From an uncultured Actinomycetes bacterium (lineage in GTDB: Bacteria; Actinomycetota; JAICYB01): a DNA stretch of 64,000 bases. A program made the position numbers and the translations under genes. Positions 18,612-28,264 of the stretch are shown here, piece by piece. The stretch covers positions 18,731 to 82,730 of the forward strand of contig CAZLKN010000005.1 in the NCBI GenBank assembly GCA_964560135.1, read 5' to 3'. The notes beneath the pieces are model-generated. The model made no database searches. It was given only the letters and a program-made list of their open reading frames with translations, and had not been told where the DNA came from. Every line of letters begins with the position of its first letter. Position 1 is the stretch's first letter.

Positions 18612-21600
18612 CCCCCGCCGAGACCCTCGAAGGCGGCTTCCAAGATGTCCTCCTGCTCCTGCTGGTGAACGGTGGCACTCCCCGTCGCCGGGCTCGCGCT
18701 CTCGGGCCGCGCCACCGGCTGCAGGCCCGGAAGCTGCCGCTGGAGCTTGGCGAAGACGAACGTCCACGCCCCCATGTTCTCCGGCTCCTCCTGGACCCAG
18801 ACGACCTCGTCGGCGTTCGGGTAGCGCCGCACCTGGTCCTCGGTCTCCACGTGGGGGAAGGGATAGAGCTGCTCGAGCCGGACGATGGCCACGTTGCCGA
18901 GCTCCAGCTCCTGCCGGCGCTCCATCAGCTCGACGGCGATCTTGCCGGAGCACAGCAACACCCGGCGCACCGCCTCGGTATCCGGGTCGGCCGGATCCGG
19001 GAGCACGAGCTGGAAGTGGCCTTCGGTGAGGTCGGCGGCGCTGCTGCGCGCCGCGGGGTGCCGGAGCAAGGACTTCGGGGTCAGGACGATGAGCGGCTTG
19101 CGCTGGTCCATGTGGATCTGGCGCCGTAGCAGGTGGAAGTACTGCGCCGGCAGCGTCGGGTAGGTCACCTGGATGTTGTCCTCGGCGCTCAGCGTCAGGA
19201 ACCGCTCGAGCCGCGCACTCGAATGCTCGGGCCCCTGGCCCTCGAAGCCGTGCGGGAGCAGGAGCACCACGCCGCAGGTCTGTTCCCACTTGTCCTCCGA
19301 GGCCACGATGTACTGGTCGATGATGATCTGGCCGCCGTTCACGAAGTCGCCGAACTGCGCCTCCCACATGACCAGAGCCTCACGGAATCCGACCGAATAC
19401 CCGTACTCGAAGCCGATGGCGGCGTATTCGCTCAGCAGCGAGTCGTAGATCAGGAAGCGTCCGCCGTCGGTCTCGAAGGAACTCAAGGGGACGTACTCGT
19501 CGCCCGTCCGCCGGTCCATGACCACCGAGTGGCGCTGGCTGAATGTGCCGCGGCGGGAGTCCTGCCCGGACAGACGCACCGTGGTGCCCTCCTGGAGCAG
19601 CGTGCCGAAGGCGAGTGCTTCGGCCAGCGGCCAGTTCACCTGGTCCTTGCCGAAGGCCTCCACGTTGCGCTGAAACAGCCGCGCGAGCTTCGGATGGGGC
19701 TCGAACCCCTGGGGGAACGTGGCGAGCGAATCGACCACCCGCTCCAGACGTTCCCGCTCCACCCCGGTTTCGATGGGTGGACGCACCCCGCGGGGTGGCC
19801 TCGGGGGCCGGGCCTGGACCGCTTCCGGTGGAGCGCTCGCTTTCGTCTCCTCGAAGGCCTCCTCGAGGCGCGCGCGGAAGTCCTCGAGCGCCTCCTCGGC
19901 CTCCTCCAGCGTCAGGTCACCACGGTTCACCAGCGTCTCGGTGTACAGCTTGCGGACGGAGCGGTGCTCCTCGATCTTCGCGTACATCACCGGCTGGGTG
20001 AAGGCCGGCTCGTCCGACTCGTTGTGGCCGTGGCGCCGGTAGCACTGGAGGTCGATCACCACGTCCTTGTGGAAGGTCTGCCGGTACGCGAACGCCAGCC
20101 GCATCACCCACACACACGCCTCCGGGTTGTCCCCGTTCACGTGGAAGATGGGCGCCTGCACCATCTTGGCCACGTCGGTGGCGTAGACGCTGGAGCGGGT
20201 CGACTCGGGCCCGGCCGTGAACCCGATGCCGTTGTTCACGACGATGTGGACGGTGCCGCCGGTCTTGTAGCCGCGCAGCTGGCTGAGGTTCAGCGTCTCC
20301 TGGACGACACCCTGTCCGGCGAAGGCCGCATCCCCGTGGATCAGGATCGGCAGGACGAGGTCCTTCCCTTCCTCCCACGAGACCTTGTCCTGCTTGGCCC
20401 GGACGATCCCCTCCACGACGGGGTTCACGGCCTCCAGGTGGCTCGGATTCGAGGCTACCGAAACCGCGATCTCACTGCCCTTGCGGGACGTGAAAACCCC
20501 CTTGGCCCCCAGGTGGTACTTCACGTCGCCCGACCCCTGGGTGGTCTCGGGGTCGATGTCGCCCTCGAACTCGCGGAAGATCTGCCGGTAGCCCTTCCCG
20601 ACGATGTTGGTGACGACGTTCAGCCGTCCGCGGTGGGCCATGCCGATCACGCTCTCCTGCATGCCGAGATCCGATGCGCCCTCCAGGAGGCCGTCCAGCA
20701 TGGGGATCAGACTCTCGGCCCCCTCCAGGGAGAACCGCTTGTGGCCGACGTACTTGGTGTGCAGGAAACGCTCGAAGGCCTCAGCGGCGTTCAGCCGCTT
20801 GAGGACGTGGATCTTGTCGTCACGCTCCAGGTCGCGGGAGACCCCCTCGGCGCGCTCCTGGATCCACCGCTTCTCGTCGGCCTCCTGGATGTGCATGTAC
20901 TCGATGCCGACGGAGCCGGAGTAGGCCGCCCAGAGGGTGTCCAGGATCTCCCGGAGCGTGGCCCGCTCCCGGCCGCCGAAGCCGCCGGTGATGAACCGGC
21001 GGTCCATGTCCCAGACGCCGAGACCGTGGTAGGCGGGATCGAGCTCCAGGTGCTGCCGCGCCTCGCGCATGAGCGGGTTCAGGTCGGCGATCAGGTGTCC
21101 GCGCACCCGGAACATGTTGATCAACTGGAGGACCTTCGCGTTCTTCTCGACCATCGGATCGAGTTCCGAGTCGCCGAGCCCCCCGCTCCGGTCGCGGGTC
21201 CAGCGGATGGGCTCGTAGGGGATGTCCAGGCTGCGGAAGACGTCGTCGTAGAAGCGATCCTCGCCCTGCAGGAGCTTGGCAACCACATCGAGGAACTCTC
21301 CTGATTCGGCCCCCTGGATCACACGGTGGTCATAGGTGGAGGTGATGGTCATCACCTTCCCGACGCCGAGGGCAGCGAGGTTGACGGGGTCGGCGCCCTC
21401 GTACTCGACCGGGTAGGCGATCGACCCCGTGCCCACGATCGCCCCCTGGCCGCTCATCAGCCGGGGCACCGACATCACGGTGCCGATCATCCCCGGGTTG
21501 GTGAGGGTGACGGTGGTGCCCGCGAAGTCCTCCGGCGAGATCTTGCCCGACCGCACCTTGCGGATCAGCTCCTCGTAGGCGGCGTGGAATCCTCCGAAGT

Positions 21601-22219
21601 CGAGCTCATCGGCGTTGCGGATGTTCGGGACGAGGAGGGTCCGGCTGCCGTCCGAGCGCTGGACGTCCACCGCCAAGCCGAGGTTCACGTGCTTGTGGCG
21701 GATCACGTGGGGCTTGCCGCCGGCATCCACGTAGCTCGAGTTGAGGGCAGGCACCTCGCGCAGGGCGCGCACGATCGCGAACCCCACGAGATGGGTGAAG
21801 CTCACCTTGCCTCCGCGCTTGCGCTGGAGGTACTGGTTCATCACGCGGCGGTTCTCCTCCAGGAGCTTCGCGGGCACGGTCCGGACCGACGTCGCCGTGG
21901 GGACGCCGAGGCTCTCCTCCATGTTCCGGACGATCGCCGCAGCCGCACCCCGGAGTGGATCCGCGTCCTCGGGAACCTCCGGCGCCTGCCCCTCACGAGG
22001 ACGTTCCTCGGGCGCTCTGGCCCGCTCGGGCGCTCTGGCTCGCTCGGCGGCCTGCGCCGCCACGGCGGACGGGCCCCCGGCTCGCGGCTTGTAGTCCTCG
22101 AAGAACTCCCGCCAGCTCTCCGCCACCGACGACGGATCCTCGACGTACCGGCTGTACATCTCGTCCACCAGCCAGTCGTTCGGCCCGAACCCTCTGTTCT
22201 TCGTCTCGCCGTCGCTCAT
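18608..22219 (-). CDS. kgd: Multifunctional 2-oxoglutarate decarboxylase/dehydrogenase E1 with N-terminal E2-like succinyltransferase domain (Kgd/OdhA type)
   Basis: 1203 aa; N-terminal acyltransferase catalytic domain (no lipoyl domain) plus TPP-dependent E1o domains; classic actinobacterial architecture. Confidence 0.9.
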   Translation of the reverse strand: MSDGETKNRGFGPNDWLVDEMYSRYVEDPSSVAESWREFFEDYKPRAGGPSAVAAQAAERARAPERARAPEERPREGQAPEVPEDADPLRGAAAAIVRNMEESLGVPTATSVRTVPAKLLEENRRVMNQYLQRKRGGKVSFTHLVGFAIVRALREVPALNSSYVDAGGKPHVIRHKHVNLGLAVDVQRSDGSRTLLVPNIRNADELDFGGFHAAYEELIRKVRSGKISPEDFAGTTVTLTNPGMIGTVMSVPRLMSGQGAIVGTGSIAYPVEYEGADPVNLAALGVGKVMTITSTYDHRVIQGAESGEFLDVVAKLLQGEDRFYDDVFRSLDIPYEPIRWTRDRSGGLGDSELDPMVEKNAKVLQLINMFRVRGHLIADLNPLMREARQHLELDPAYHGLGVWDMDRRFITGGFGGRERATLREILDTLWAAYSGSVGIEYMHIQEADEKRWIQERAEGVSRDLERDDKIHVLKRLNAAEAFERFLHTKYVGHKRFSLEGAESLIPMLDGLLEGASDLGMQESVIGMAHRGRLNVVTNIVGKGYRQIFREFEGDIDPETTQGSGDVKYHLGAKGVFTSRKGSEIAVSVASNPSHLEAVNPVVEGIVRAKQDKVSWEEGKDLVLPILIHGDAAFAGQGVVQETLNLSQLRGYKTGGTVHIVVNNGIGFTAGPESTRSSVYATDVAKMVQAPIFHVNGDNPEACVWVMRLAFAYRQTFHKDVVIDLQCYRRHGHNESDEPAFTQPVMYAKIEEHRSVRKLYTETLVNRGDLTLEEAEEALEDFRARLEEAFEETKASAPPEAVQARPPRPPRGVRPPIETGVERERLERVVDSLATFPQGFEPHPKLARLFQRNVEAFGKDQVNWPLAEALAFGTLLQEGTTVRLSGQDSRRGTFSQRHSVVMDRRTGDEYVPLSSFETDGGRFLIYDSLLSEYAAIGFEYGYSVGFREALVMWEAQFGDFVNGGQIIIDQYIVASEDKWEQTCGVVLLLPHGFEGQGPEHSSARLERFLTLSAEDNIQVTYPTLPAQYFHLLRRQIHMDQRKPLIVLTPKSLLRHPAARSSAADLTEGHFQLVLPDPADPDTEAVRRVLLCSGKIAVELMERRQELELGNVAIVRLEQLYPFPHVETEDQVRRYPNADEVVWVQEEPENMGAWTFVFAKLQRQLPGLQPVARPESASPATGSATVHQQEQEDILEAAFEGLGGG
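22008..22043. repeat. Two 18-bp tandem direct repeats inside the kgd linker (encode ERARAP-ERARAP)
   Basis: tcgggcgctctggcccgc / tcgggcgctctggctcgc seen directly. Confidence 0.6.
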
Positions 22220-22306
22220 CGGCTCCCCGTGGTCATCAGGCCCCTCGTCGGTCCCATGCTAATGTCTATCCTTCCCGGGGTCGCCCCGGACGGGTAAAAG
22301 GCTGGC

Positions 22307-23590
22307 GTGCGAAAGCGACTATCCGACCTCCACGAGACGCTCCGCTCCAGCCTGTGGTTCGTACCCGCCGTCCTCGTCGTGGGAGCGCTGCTGATCTCCG
22401 AGATCATCATCGCCGTCGACCGGCGGGTGGGCCCCGACGTGGTCCGCGCGGCCTTCAGCGGGGGCCCGGAGAGCGCCCGTCAGGTGCTGTCCACGATCGC
22501 CGCGTCGATGATCACATTCACGGGCGTGGTGTTCTCGATCACGATCGTGGTCCTGCAGCTCGCGAGCAGTCAGTTCTCTCCACGGGTGCTGCGGACGTTC
22601 CTGCGGGACCGCACGAGCCAGACCGCCCTCGGGTTGTTCGTAGCTACCTTCGCCTTCGCGCTGGCCGTCCTGCGTCAGGTCCGCGAGGACAACGGTACCG
22701 GCGAGGTCTTCGTCCCCGGGCTGACCATCTCGTTCAGCTTCCTGATGGTCCTGGCGAGCCTCGGGCTGTTCGTCGCGTACATCAGCCACATCACCCGCTC
22801 GATCCGCGCCAGCTCGATCATCGGCTTGGTGGCGGAGGAGACCCGACGCCTGGTGGACCGGGTATACCCGAAGGATCCAGAGGAGGACGCACCCGGCGAG
22901 CCCCCGGACGGGCCCCCGAGAACCACCGTATGCCTGGATGGCTCCCCCGGGGTCATCACGAGCATCGATCGGCGTCGCCTCGTAGCCCGGGCACGGCGTG
23001 CCGACGCCGTCATCGTAGTCCGCGTAGAGGTGGGTGACTTCGTCCCCCGCGGGGGCGAGCTGGCCGATGTCTACGGGGGCGGGGACGATGAACCCGCACC
23101 CCACGCCATCCAGACGGCCTTCAGCTTCGGACCCGAGCGGACCATGCAGGAGGACGTGTCCTTCGGCTTCCGGCAACTCGTGGACATCGCCTCCCGGGCG
23201 TTGTCCACCGGCGTCAACGATCCCACGACCGCCGTCCAGGTGCTCGACCACATCCACGACCTGCTCAAGACGCTGGGCACGCGTCGCTTCCACTCCGGGA
23301 CCTACCGGGACGACCAGGGAACCACGCGACTTTTCGTGCCCCGGATGACCTGGGGAGGATACGTGAGTCTGGGCACAGACGAGATCCGGCTCTACGGCGC
23401 CGGCTCGCTCCAGGTGCAGCGCCGTCTCCAGGCGTTGCTCGAGGACCTCCTCGACACCGTGGCCGCGGAGCGACGCGGTCCGTTGTCCGAACGTCTGGAA
23501 CTCACGGACACCGTGATCGGGCGCGAGTTCGACGACCAGCGAGACCGCGACACCGCCAAGGACCCCGACGCCCAGGGCATCGGGTCGTAG
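22307..23590 (+). CDS. DUF2254-like membrane protein
   Basis: 427 aa; N-terminal TMs with QLASSQFSPRVLR-type motif and large C-terminal soluble domain. Confidence 0.5.
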   Translation: MRKRLSDLHETLRSSLWFVPAVLVVGALLISEIIIAVDRRVGPDVVRAAFSGGPESARQVLSTIAASMITFTGVVFSITIVVLQLASSQFSPRVLRTFLRDRTSQTALGLFVATFAFALAVLRQVREDNGTGEVFVPGLTISFSFLMVLASLGLFVAYISHITRSIRASSIIGLVAEETRRLVDRVYPKDPEEDAPGEPPDGPPRTTVCLDGSPGVITSIDRRRLVARARRADAVIVVRVEVGDFVPRGGELADVYGGGDDEPAPHAIQTAFSFGPERTMQEDVSFGFRQLVDIASRALSTGVNDPTTAVQVLDHIHDLLKTLGTRRFHSGTYRDDQGTTRLFVPRMTWGGYVSLGTDEIRLYGAGSLQVQRRLQALLEDLLDTVAAERRGPLSERLELTDTVIGREFDDQRDRDTAKDPDAQGIGS

Positions 23591-23610
23591 ACGCTCAGGC
23601 CCTTGTCCGG

Positions 23611-24525
23611 TCATCCCGGGCTGATCCGCCGCACTTCGGGTGCATACCTCTGGTGAGAGCCGTACACCAGCAGCGTCAGCATCACTCCGTAGACCGGCAG
23701 ATGGCCGATGAGCTCTTCGGCCCCCAGGAAGAACAGGGTCGCGTTGAAGGGGACGGCCGCCGCCAGCACCGCCACCTGCGGCGCCGCCCCGGAGACGAGC
23801 AGCAGCCCGATCAGCACCTCGATCGCTCCGGCGATCCGGACGAACTCCAAGTCCCCGACTCCGACGGCCTCGAGGACGTTGAACGCCGGATAGCGGTCGA
23901 GGAACTCCAGTGAGGTCTCCGGTGAGAGCAGCTTCTCCGTGAACGCCAGGACGACGAGGGCCACACCCGCGGCGACACGGAGCGACCACAGCGCCCGCCG
24001 TACCTGCTCTGCCGACGGCACCACCGCACCGTAGTCGTCCTGCCCCGGCGGCAGGAGCGCGAGGAAGAGGGCCACACCCAGCAGGTCCGCCCGCTCGAGA
24101 ACCGCCACCGGTCCGTAGAAGAGCATGCCCAGCGGACCGGAGACGACGACGAACCACGCCGCGGGCCGGATCCGGAACCCGCTGACCAGCCAGACACCAG
24201 CGATGCCCTCCACGACGGCGAGCAGGAGTCCCGCCGCCCCCGGCGGCAGCTCCATGCCGGGGGCCAGATAGGATCCCCGCGCCGCCTGGGCCAACAACGA
24301 CACCCCGGCGTGGACGGCCAGCAGCCGGGGGATCCATGGCACGAGCCACCCGAGAGGCGCGAGAGCGGCGACCTCCGGGCGGGGCAGGTAGTGGTCGGCC
24401 CAGCGCCACAGCGTCGCGATGAGGACCGCCACGCCGAGGTAGGCGAGCGTCCGGGGCTGCAGCACGAACCCCCAGTCGGGGGCATAGACCTCGTCGGTGA
24501 ACCACTTCTCGTGCGCGAGACGCAT
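23611..24525 (-). CDS. Polytopic integral membrane protein (DoxX-like?)
   Basis: 304 aa, about 8 TM helices; family uncertain. Confidence 0.4.
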   Translation of the reverse strand: MRLAHEKWFTDEVYAPDWGFVLQPRTLAYLGVAVLIATLWRWADHYLPRPEVAALAPLGWLVPWIPRLLAVHAGVSLLAQAARGSYLAPGMELPPGAAGLLLAVVEGIAGVWLVSGFRIRPAAWFVVVSGPLGMLFYGPVAVLERADLLGVALFLALLPPGQDDYGAVVPSAEQVRRALWSLRVAAGVALVVLAFTEKLLSPETSLEFLDRYPAFNVLEAVGVGDLEFVRIAGAIEVLIGLLLVSGAAPQVAVLAAAVPFNATLFFLGAEELIGHLPVYGVMLTLLVYGSHQRYAPEVRRISPG

Positions 24526-24610
24526 CGTCGGTCCGAGCGTACCGGGCTCTCAACGACAGTGACGGGCCGGGAAAGCCCGGCCCGTCACTGGTGTCGCTGG
24601 GGGGGATCTG

Positions 24611-24844
24611 TCAGCGGACGTCGCGGTCGACGACCTCACGGTCGCGGACGACCTCGCGGCCTCCGCCCCGTGAGTAGGGAGCCCATGGACTCCAGAAGAG
24701 CATGGACGCCACCAACCCGATCAGTCCGACGATCATCAGGATCACGCCTACGGCATTGAGATCAATCCCCTGCGCTTGGACCTCGACGGCCCACGCAAGC
24801 ACCGCCCCGACCGCGATCAGAAAGATACTGATTCCGATACCCAT
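24611..24844 (-). CDS. Small two-TM membrane protein (DUF6458-like), paralog A
   Basis: 77 aa; MGIGISIFLIAVGAVLAWAV... followed by Arg/Glu-rich tail. Confidence 0.55.
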   Translation of the reverse strand: MGIGISIFLIAVGAVLAWAVEVQAQGIDLNAVGVILMIVGLIGLVASMLFWSPWAPYSRGGGREVVRDREVVDRDVR

Positions 24845-24924
24845 CTATCGCCACCTCCTCGCGGCCCTGCCGCTTTTCGATGGTCTCGCCCTCCCTGTTC
24901 CCCCGGGGCGGAGCAGACCAAACC

Positions 24925-25194
24925 TCAGACCAGATCCTCGCGCCGCTCGACCTCCCGCTCGCGGATGGTGCCCCGCGGGGGCGGGTCACGGTACTCCCGC
25001 TTTCGGACCACCGTCCGGCCGTGCCAGGGAAGAACGTCGTTCCAGTACAGGAGCGAGTACAGGAGGCCGAACGATCCGACGATCAGCAGGATCACGCCCA
25101 CCATCTCGAGGTTGACACCCTGGGTGGCGACATCCACCGCGAAGGCGAGGATGGCCCCGAGCGTGATCAGGAACACACTCACGCCGATACCCAT
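24925..25194 (-). CDS. Small two-TM membrane protein (DUF6458-like), paralog B
   Basis: 89 aa; MGIGVSVFLITLGAILAFAV...; tandem duplicate of the gene 80 nt downstream. Confidence 0.55.
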   Translation of the reverse strand: MGIGVSVFLITLGAILAFAVDVATQGVNLEMVGVILLIVGSFGLLYSLLYWNDVLPWHGRTVVRKREYRDPPPRGTIREREVERREDLV

Positions 25195-25274
25195 GGGGAT
25201 CCACCTCCTCGTCCTTCGACGTACCGGACACGTGCCGATGTCTACATTCCCGAACGGTACGGCTGCTAAACCGC

Positions 25275-26489
25275 CTACAGACGGTTCCCGTGCGGCGGCC
25301 GGCCGCGGCGGAAGACCGGACTGTGGTCCTTCCAGACCGGGTCGTACCCGGCCTCCCGGAGCATGCGGGTCACGGCGTCCGGTGCGCGCTCGTCGGAGAT
25401 GCGGAACTGTTCCTCGGCCTCCCCCGGCGTCTCATAGCCGCCGGGGGAGGTCCGTGACCCCGCCGACATGTGGGTGACGCCAAGACGGACCATGCCGTCC
25501 CGTAGTCCCGGACGCTCCCGGGTCGAGAGGACGAATCCCGCGTCCGGCAGCGCCAACCGGAGCGCCGAAACCGCCAGCGCGAAAGACCGGTCGTCCATCA
25601 CGTCGGGCGGGTGCTCGAACCCGGCCGCCGGCTCGAGACGGGGAAGGGCGAGGGTCACATCCGTGCGCCAGAACGACCGCATCAGGAACCGGGCGTGGGA
25701 CGCCAGCGCGAGGACCTCCCACCGCCAGTCGGGGTTCAAACCGACGAGCGTGCCCAACCCGAGGCGCCGCATGCCGGCCCGCGCCGCGCGCTCGGGAGCC
25801 CCGAGCCGCCAAGCCCAGAAGCGCTTGTTCCCTTTCAGGTGGTACTCGGGATATACGCGCGGATCGTAGACCTCCTGGTACAGCACCAGCCCGTCGCAGC
25901 CGGCTTCCACGAACCGGCGGTAGGCGTCCTCGTCCCACGCCTGGACCTCCAGAGAGACGTTGGACACCTCGGAGGCGACCTCCCGGATGCACTCGGTCAC
26001 GTAGTCCACCGACACGTGCTTCGGGTGTTCGCCGGAGACCAGCAGCAGGTGCCGGAAACCGAGATGCTTGAGGTACCGCGCCTCCGAGCTCACCTCGGCG
26101 GGAGCCAGGGTGCGGCGGACGATGTCCCGGTTGAAGACCTGGAAGCCGCAGTAGGTGCACTCCGACACACACTCATTGGACAGGTACAGCGGCGCGAACA
26201 GGTGCATGGTCCGGCCGAAACGACGGAGGCTGAGCGCGTGCGCCGCCTGCGCCACGTCCTCCAGCGCCTCTTCAGCCACGGGAGACAGCAACGCGGCCAG
26301 GTCCCACAGGCTCCGACGCTCCGCGCCGAGGGCCCGACGAACGTCCTCTTCTCCTGCATGGCGAGCCGACCACGTCGCCATCCGGTCGAGTTCGTCCACG
26401 TCGAGCTCGAAGTCGGGCTCGTAGCCGACGATCCGCTGCCGCTCGGCCTTGCGCTGGAGCTGGACGAGCTCGGCGGTGCTGAGCGTCAT
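25275..26489 (-). CDS. thiH: Radical SAM 2-iminoacetate synthase (ThiH-like tyrosine lyase)
   Basis: 404 aa from MTLSTAELV; CxxxCxxC motif CVSECTYC; ATG overlaps the thiG stop; distinction from HydG/other radical SAM enzymes not verified. Confidence 0.65.
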   Translation of the reverse strand: MTLSTAELVQLQRKAERQRIVGYEPDFELDVDELDRMATWSARHAGEEDVRRALGAERRSLWDLAALLSPVAEEALEDVAQAAHALSLRRFGRTMHLFAPLYLSNECVSECTYCGFQVFNRDIVRRTLAPAEVSSEARYLKHLGFRHLLLVSGEHPKHVSVDYVTECIREVASEVSNVSLEVQAWDEDAYRRFVEAGCDGLVLYQEVYDPRVYPEYHLKGNKRFWAWRLGAPERAARAGMRRLGLGTLVGLNPDWRWEVLALASHARFLMRSFWRTDVTLALPRLEPAAGFEHPPDVMDDRSFALAVSALRLALPDAGFVLSTRERPGLRDGMVRLGVTHMSAGSRTSPGGYETPGEAEEQFRISDERAPDAVTRMLREAGYDPVWKDHSPVFRRGRPPHGNRL

Positions 26490-27310
26490 CGTGACTCCCG
26501 CTCGAGGAAGCCGGTGAGTGGTGATGAGGCCGACGCTGTGCCCGCTGCCGGCAGACCGGCCAGGTACCCCTGCCGTCCGGCCTCCACAGCCAGCGCGAAG
26601 GCCTCCGCGATCCGCACCGGGTCGCGGGCGGTGGCGATCGCGGTGTTCACGAGGACGGCGTCGCATCCGATCTCCATCGCCTCGGCCGCATGCGACGGGG
26701 CCCCCAGGCCGGCGTCCACCACCACCGGGACGTTCGATTGCTCGACGACGATCTCCACCGCGTCGCGGCTGCGCAGCCCCTTGTTGGATCCGATCCAGGA
26801 CCCGAGCGGCATCACGGTGGCACACCCGGCTTCCTCCAGGCGCTTGGCGAGGATGGGGTCGGCGCCGATGTAGGGCAGCACCACGAAACCGTCGGCCACG
26901 AGCTCCTCGGCGGCCCGCAGCGTCTCGACGGGGTCGGGCAGCAGGTACCGGGGGTCGGGGGTGACCTCGAGCTTGATCCACGTGCGACCGCGCTCGTCGT
27001 GGATGCCGGCGGCGCGCGCCAGCCGAGACAGCCGCACGGCCTCTCCGGCGGTCTCGGCCCCCGAGGTGTTGGGCAGCAGCAGGTACCTTCCGGTGTCGAG
27101 ATGGTCGAGGATGTCCTCGCCCTCGGGGGCCTCGAGGTCCACGCGCCGCAGAGCGACGGTGACGATCTCGGTCCCGGACCCGGTGAGCGCCTCGGCCATC
27201 ACCGGCCCGGACGCGAACTTCCCGGTCCCGGTGATCAGACGCGACGTGAAGGTCCGCTCGGCGATCGTGAGCGGATCTGTGGTGGTGGCGACGTGCTCGG
27301 TGATGTCCAT
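26486..27310 (-). CDS. thiG: Thiazole synthase ThiG
   Basis: 274 aa; conserved ITGTGKF...[11 protein letters not shown]-terminus and catalytic Lys region; preceded by a TPP riboswitch. Confidence 0.9.
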   Translation of the reverse strand: MDITEHVATTTDPLTIAERTFTSRLITGTGKFASGPVMAEALTGSGTEIVTVALRRVDLEAPEGEDILDHLDTGRYLLLPNTSGAETAGEAVRLSRLARAAGIHDERGRTWIKLEVTPDPRYLLPDPVETLRAAEELVADGFVVLPYIGADPILAKRLEEAGCATVMPLGSWIGSNKGLRSRDAVEIVVEQSNVPVVVDAGLGAPSHAAEAMEIGCDAVLVNTAIATARDPVRIAEAFALAVEAGRQGYLAGLPAAGTASASSPLTGFLERESR

Positions 27311-27311
27311 C

Positions 27312-27410
27312 TCCGATCTCCCTTCGCCGGCATGATCCGGATCAGGTTCGAGGGGTCGCCTGTTGGCCTCTCAGCCCGGGTCACCGGACTCCCCCGTCGG
27401 GTGCTGGCCT
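27312..27410 (-). ncRNA. TPP (THI-box) riboswitch
   Basis: Minus-strand sequence GGGGAGUCCGGUGACCCGGGCUGAGAGG...ACCCCUCGAACCUGAUCCGGAUCAUGCCGGCGAAGGGAGAUCGGAG-AUG contains the conserved CUGAGA, ACCUGAUC(U/C)GGAUAAUGCC(A/G)GCG(A/U)AGGGA elements. Confidence 0.85.
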
Positions 27411-27460
27411 CCATGCTACTCAGCGTGAGCCCGGATGGTGTCTCGGCCCCCGGGGGTCGT

Positions 27461-28264
27461 CTAGGCGCCGGCCCGGCCCAGGAAGGCGAGGACCGCGTCG
27501 CGCACCTCGTCGAGGGCGTCGGACTGCAGCATGTGCCCGGCGCCGGAGATCTCGACCAGCTCGGCCCCCGGGATGAGCTCGGCCAGCAACCGGCCGTTGC
27601 CGGCGGGGATCAGCATGTCCGCCGTCCCGTGGACGACGAGCGTCGGCACCGTGACACCTGTCAGCTCCTCCCACGCGTCGTGGCCCAGGGCTGCCGCGAG
27701 CTGTCCCAGGTACCCGGCGGGCTGCGTGGGGATGAGCTGCCGGTGGTGGAGATCTTCCTCGATGCGCTCCGGGTGGTTCGTCCGCGTGCCTTCCCCGTAC
27801 AGGAACCAGGCGTTGCGCCGGTAGACGTTCCCCGGGTCCTGGCCACCGGTGACGAGTCCCTGCAGGACCTCGTCGGACGGCTGGATCGCCCGCTCCCCAC
27901 CCGGACGCGTGCAGACCAGCACCAGCGAGCGCACCCGCTCGGGACGGCGCAGCACGAGACGCTGGGCGATCATCCCGCCGAGCGACGCCCCGACGACATG
28001 GACCCGGTCCCGGCCCGCGGCATCGAGGACGGCGGCGCAGTCGTCGGCCATCTGCTCGATCGTGTAGGGACCCTCCGGTACCTCGGAGCGTCCCGTGCCG
28101 CGGTTGTCCAGCGCGATCACCTCGTAGTACCGGGACAGCCAGGGGATGGTGCGGTACCAGCCGTGGGCGTTGGAGCCGAGGCCCATGATCAGCAGCACGG
28201 GCTCGCCGTCGCCGTGCACCTCGTAGTGGATCTTCGCCCCGTCGGAGGCGATCGTGTGCGCCAC
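27461..28264 (-). CDS. Alpha/beta hydrolase
   Basis: 267 aa; GASLGG nucleophile elbow, HG oxyanion motif. Confidence 0.8.
   Translation of the reverse strand: MAHTIASDGAKIHYEVHGDGEPVLLIMGLGSNAHGWYRTIPWLSRYYEVIALDNRGTGRSEVPEGPYTIEQMADDCAAVLDAAGRDRVHVVGASLGGMIAQRLVLRRPERVRSLVLVCTRPGGERAIQPSDEVLQGLVTGGQDPGNVYRRNAWFLYGEGTRTNHPERIEEDLHHRQLIPTQPAGYLGQLAAALGHDAWEELTGVTVPTLVVHGTADMLIPAGNGRLLAELIPGAELVEISGAGHMLQSDALDEVRDAVLAFLGRAGA

Noticed and set aside
19133-21304. 723-aa plus ORF
   Set aside because: Antisense to kgd. No recognisable motifs.
27311-27460. Search for a thiS gene between the TPP riboswitch and the upstream hydrolase
   Set aside because: Only 150 nt are available and no GG-terminated small ORF is present. 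thiS is genuinely absent from this locus.
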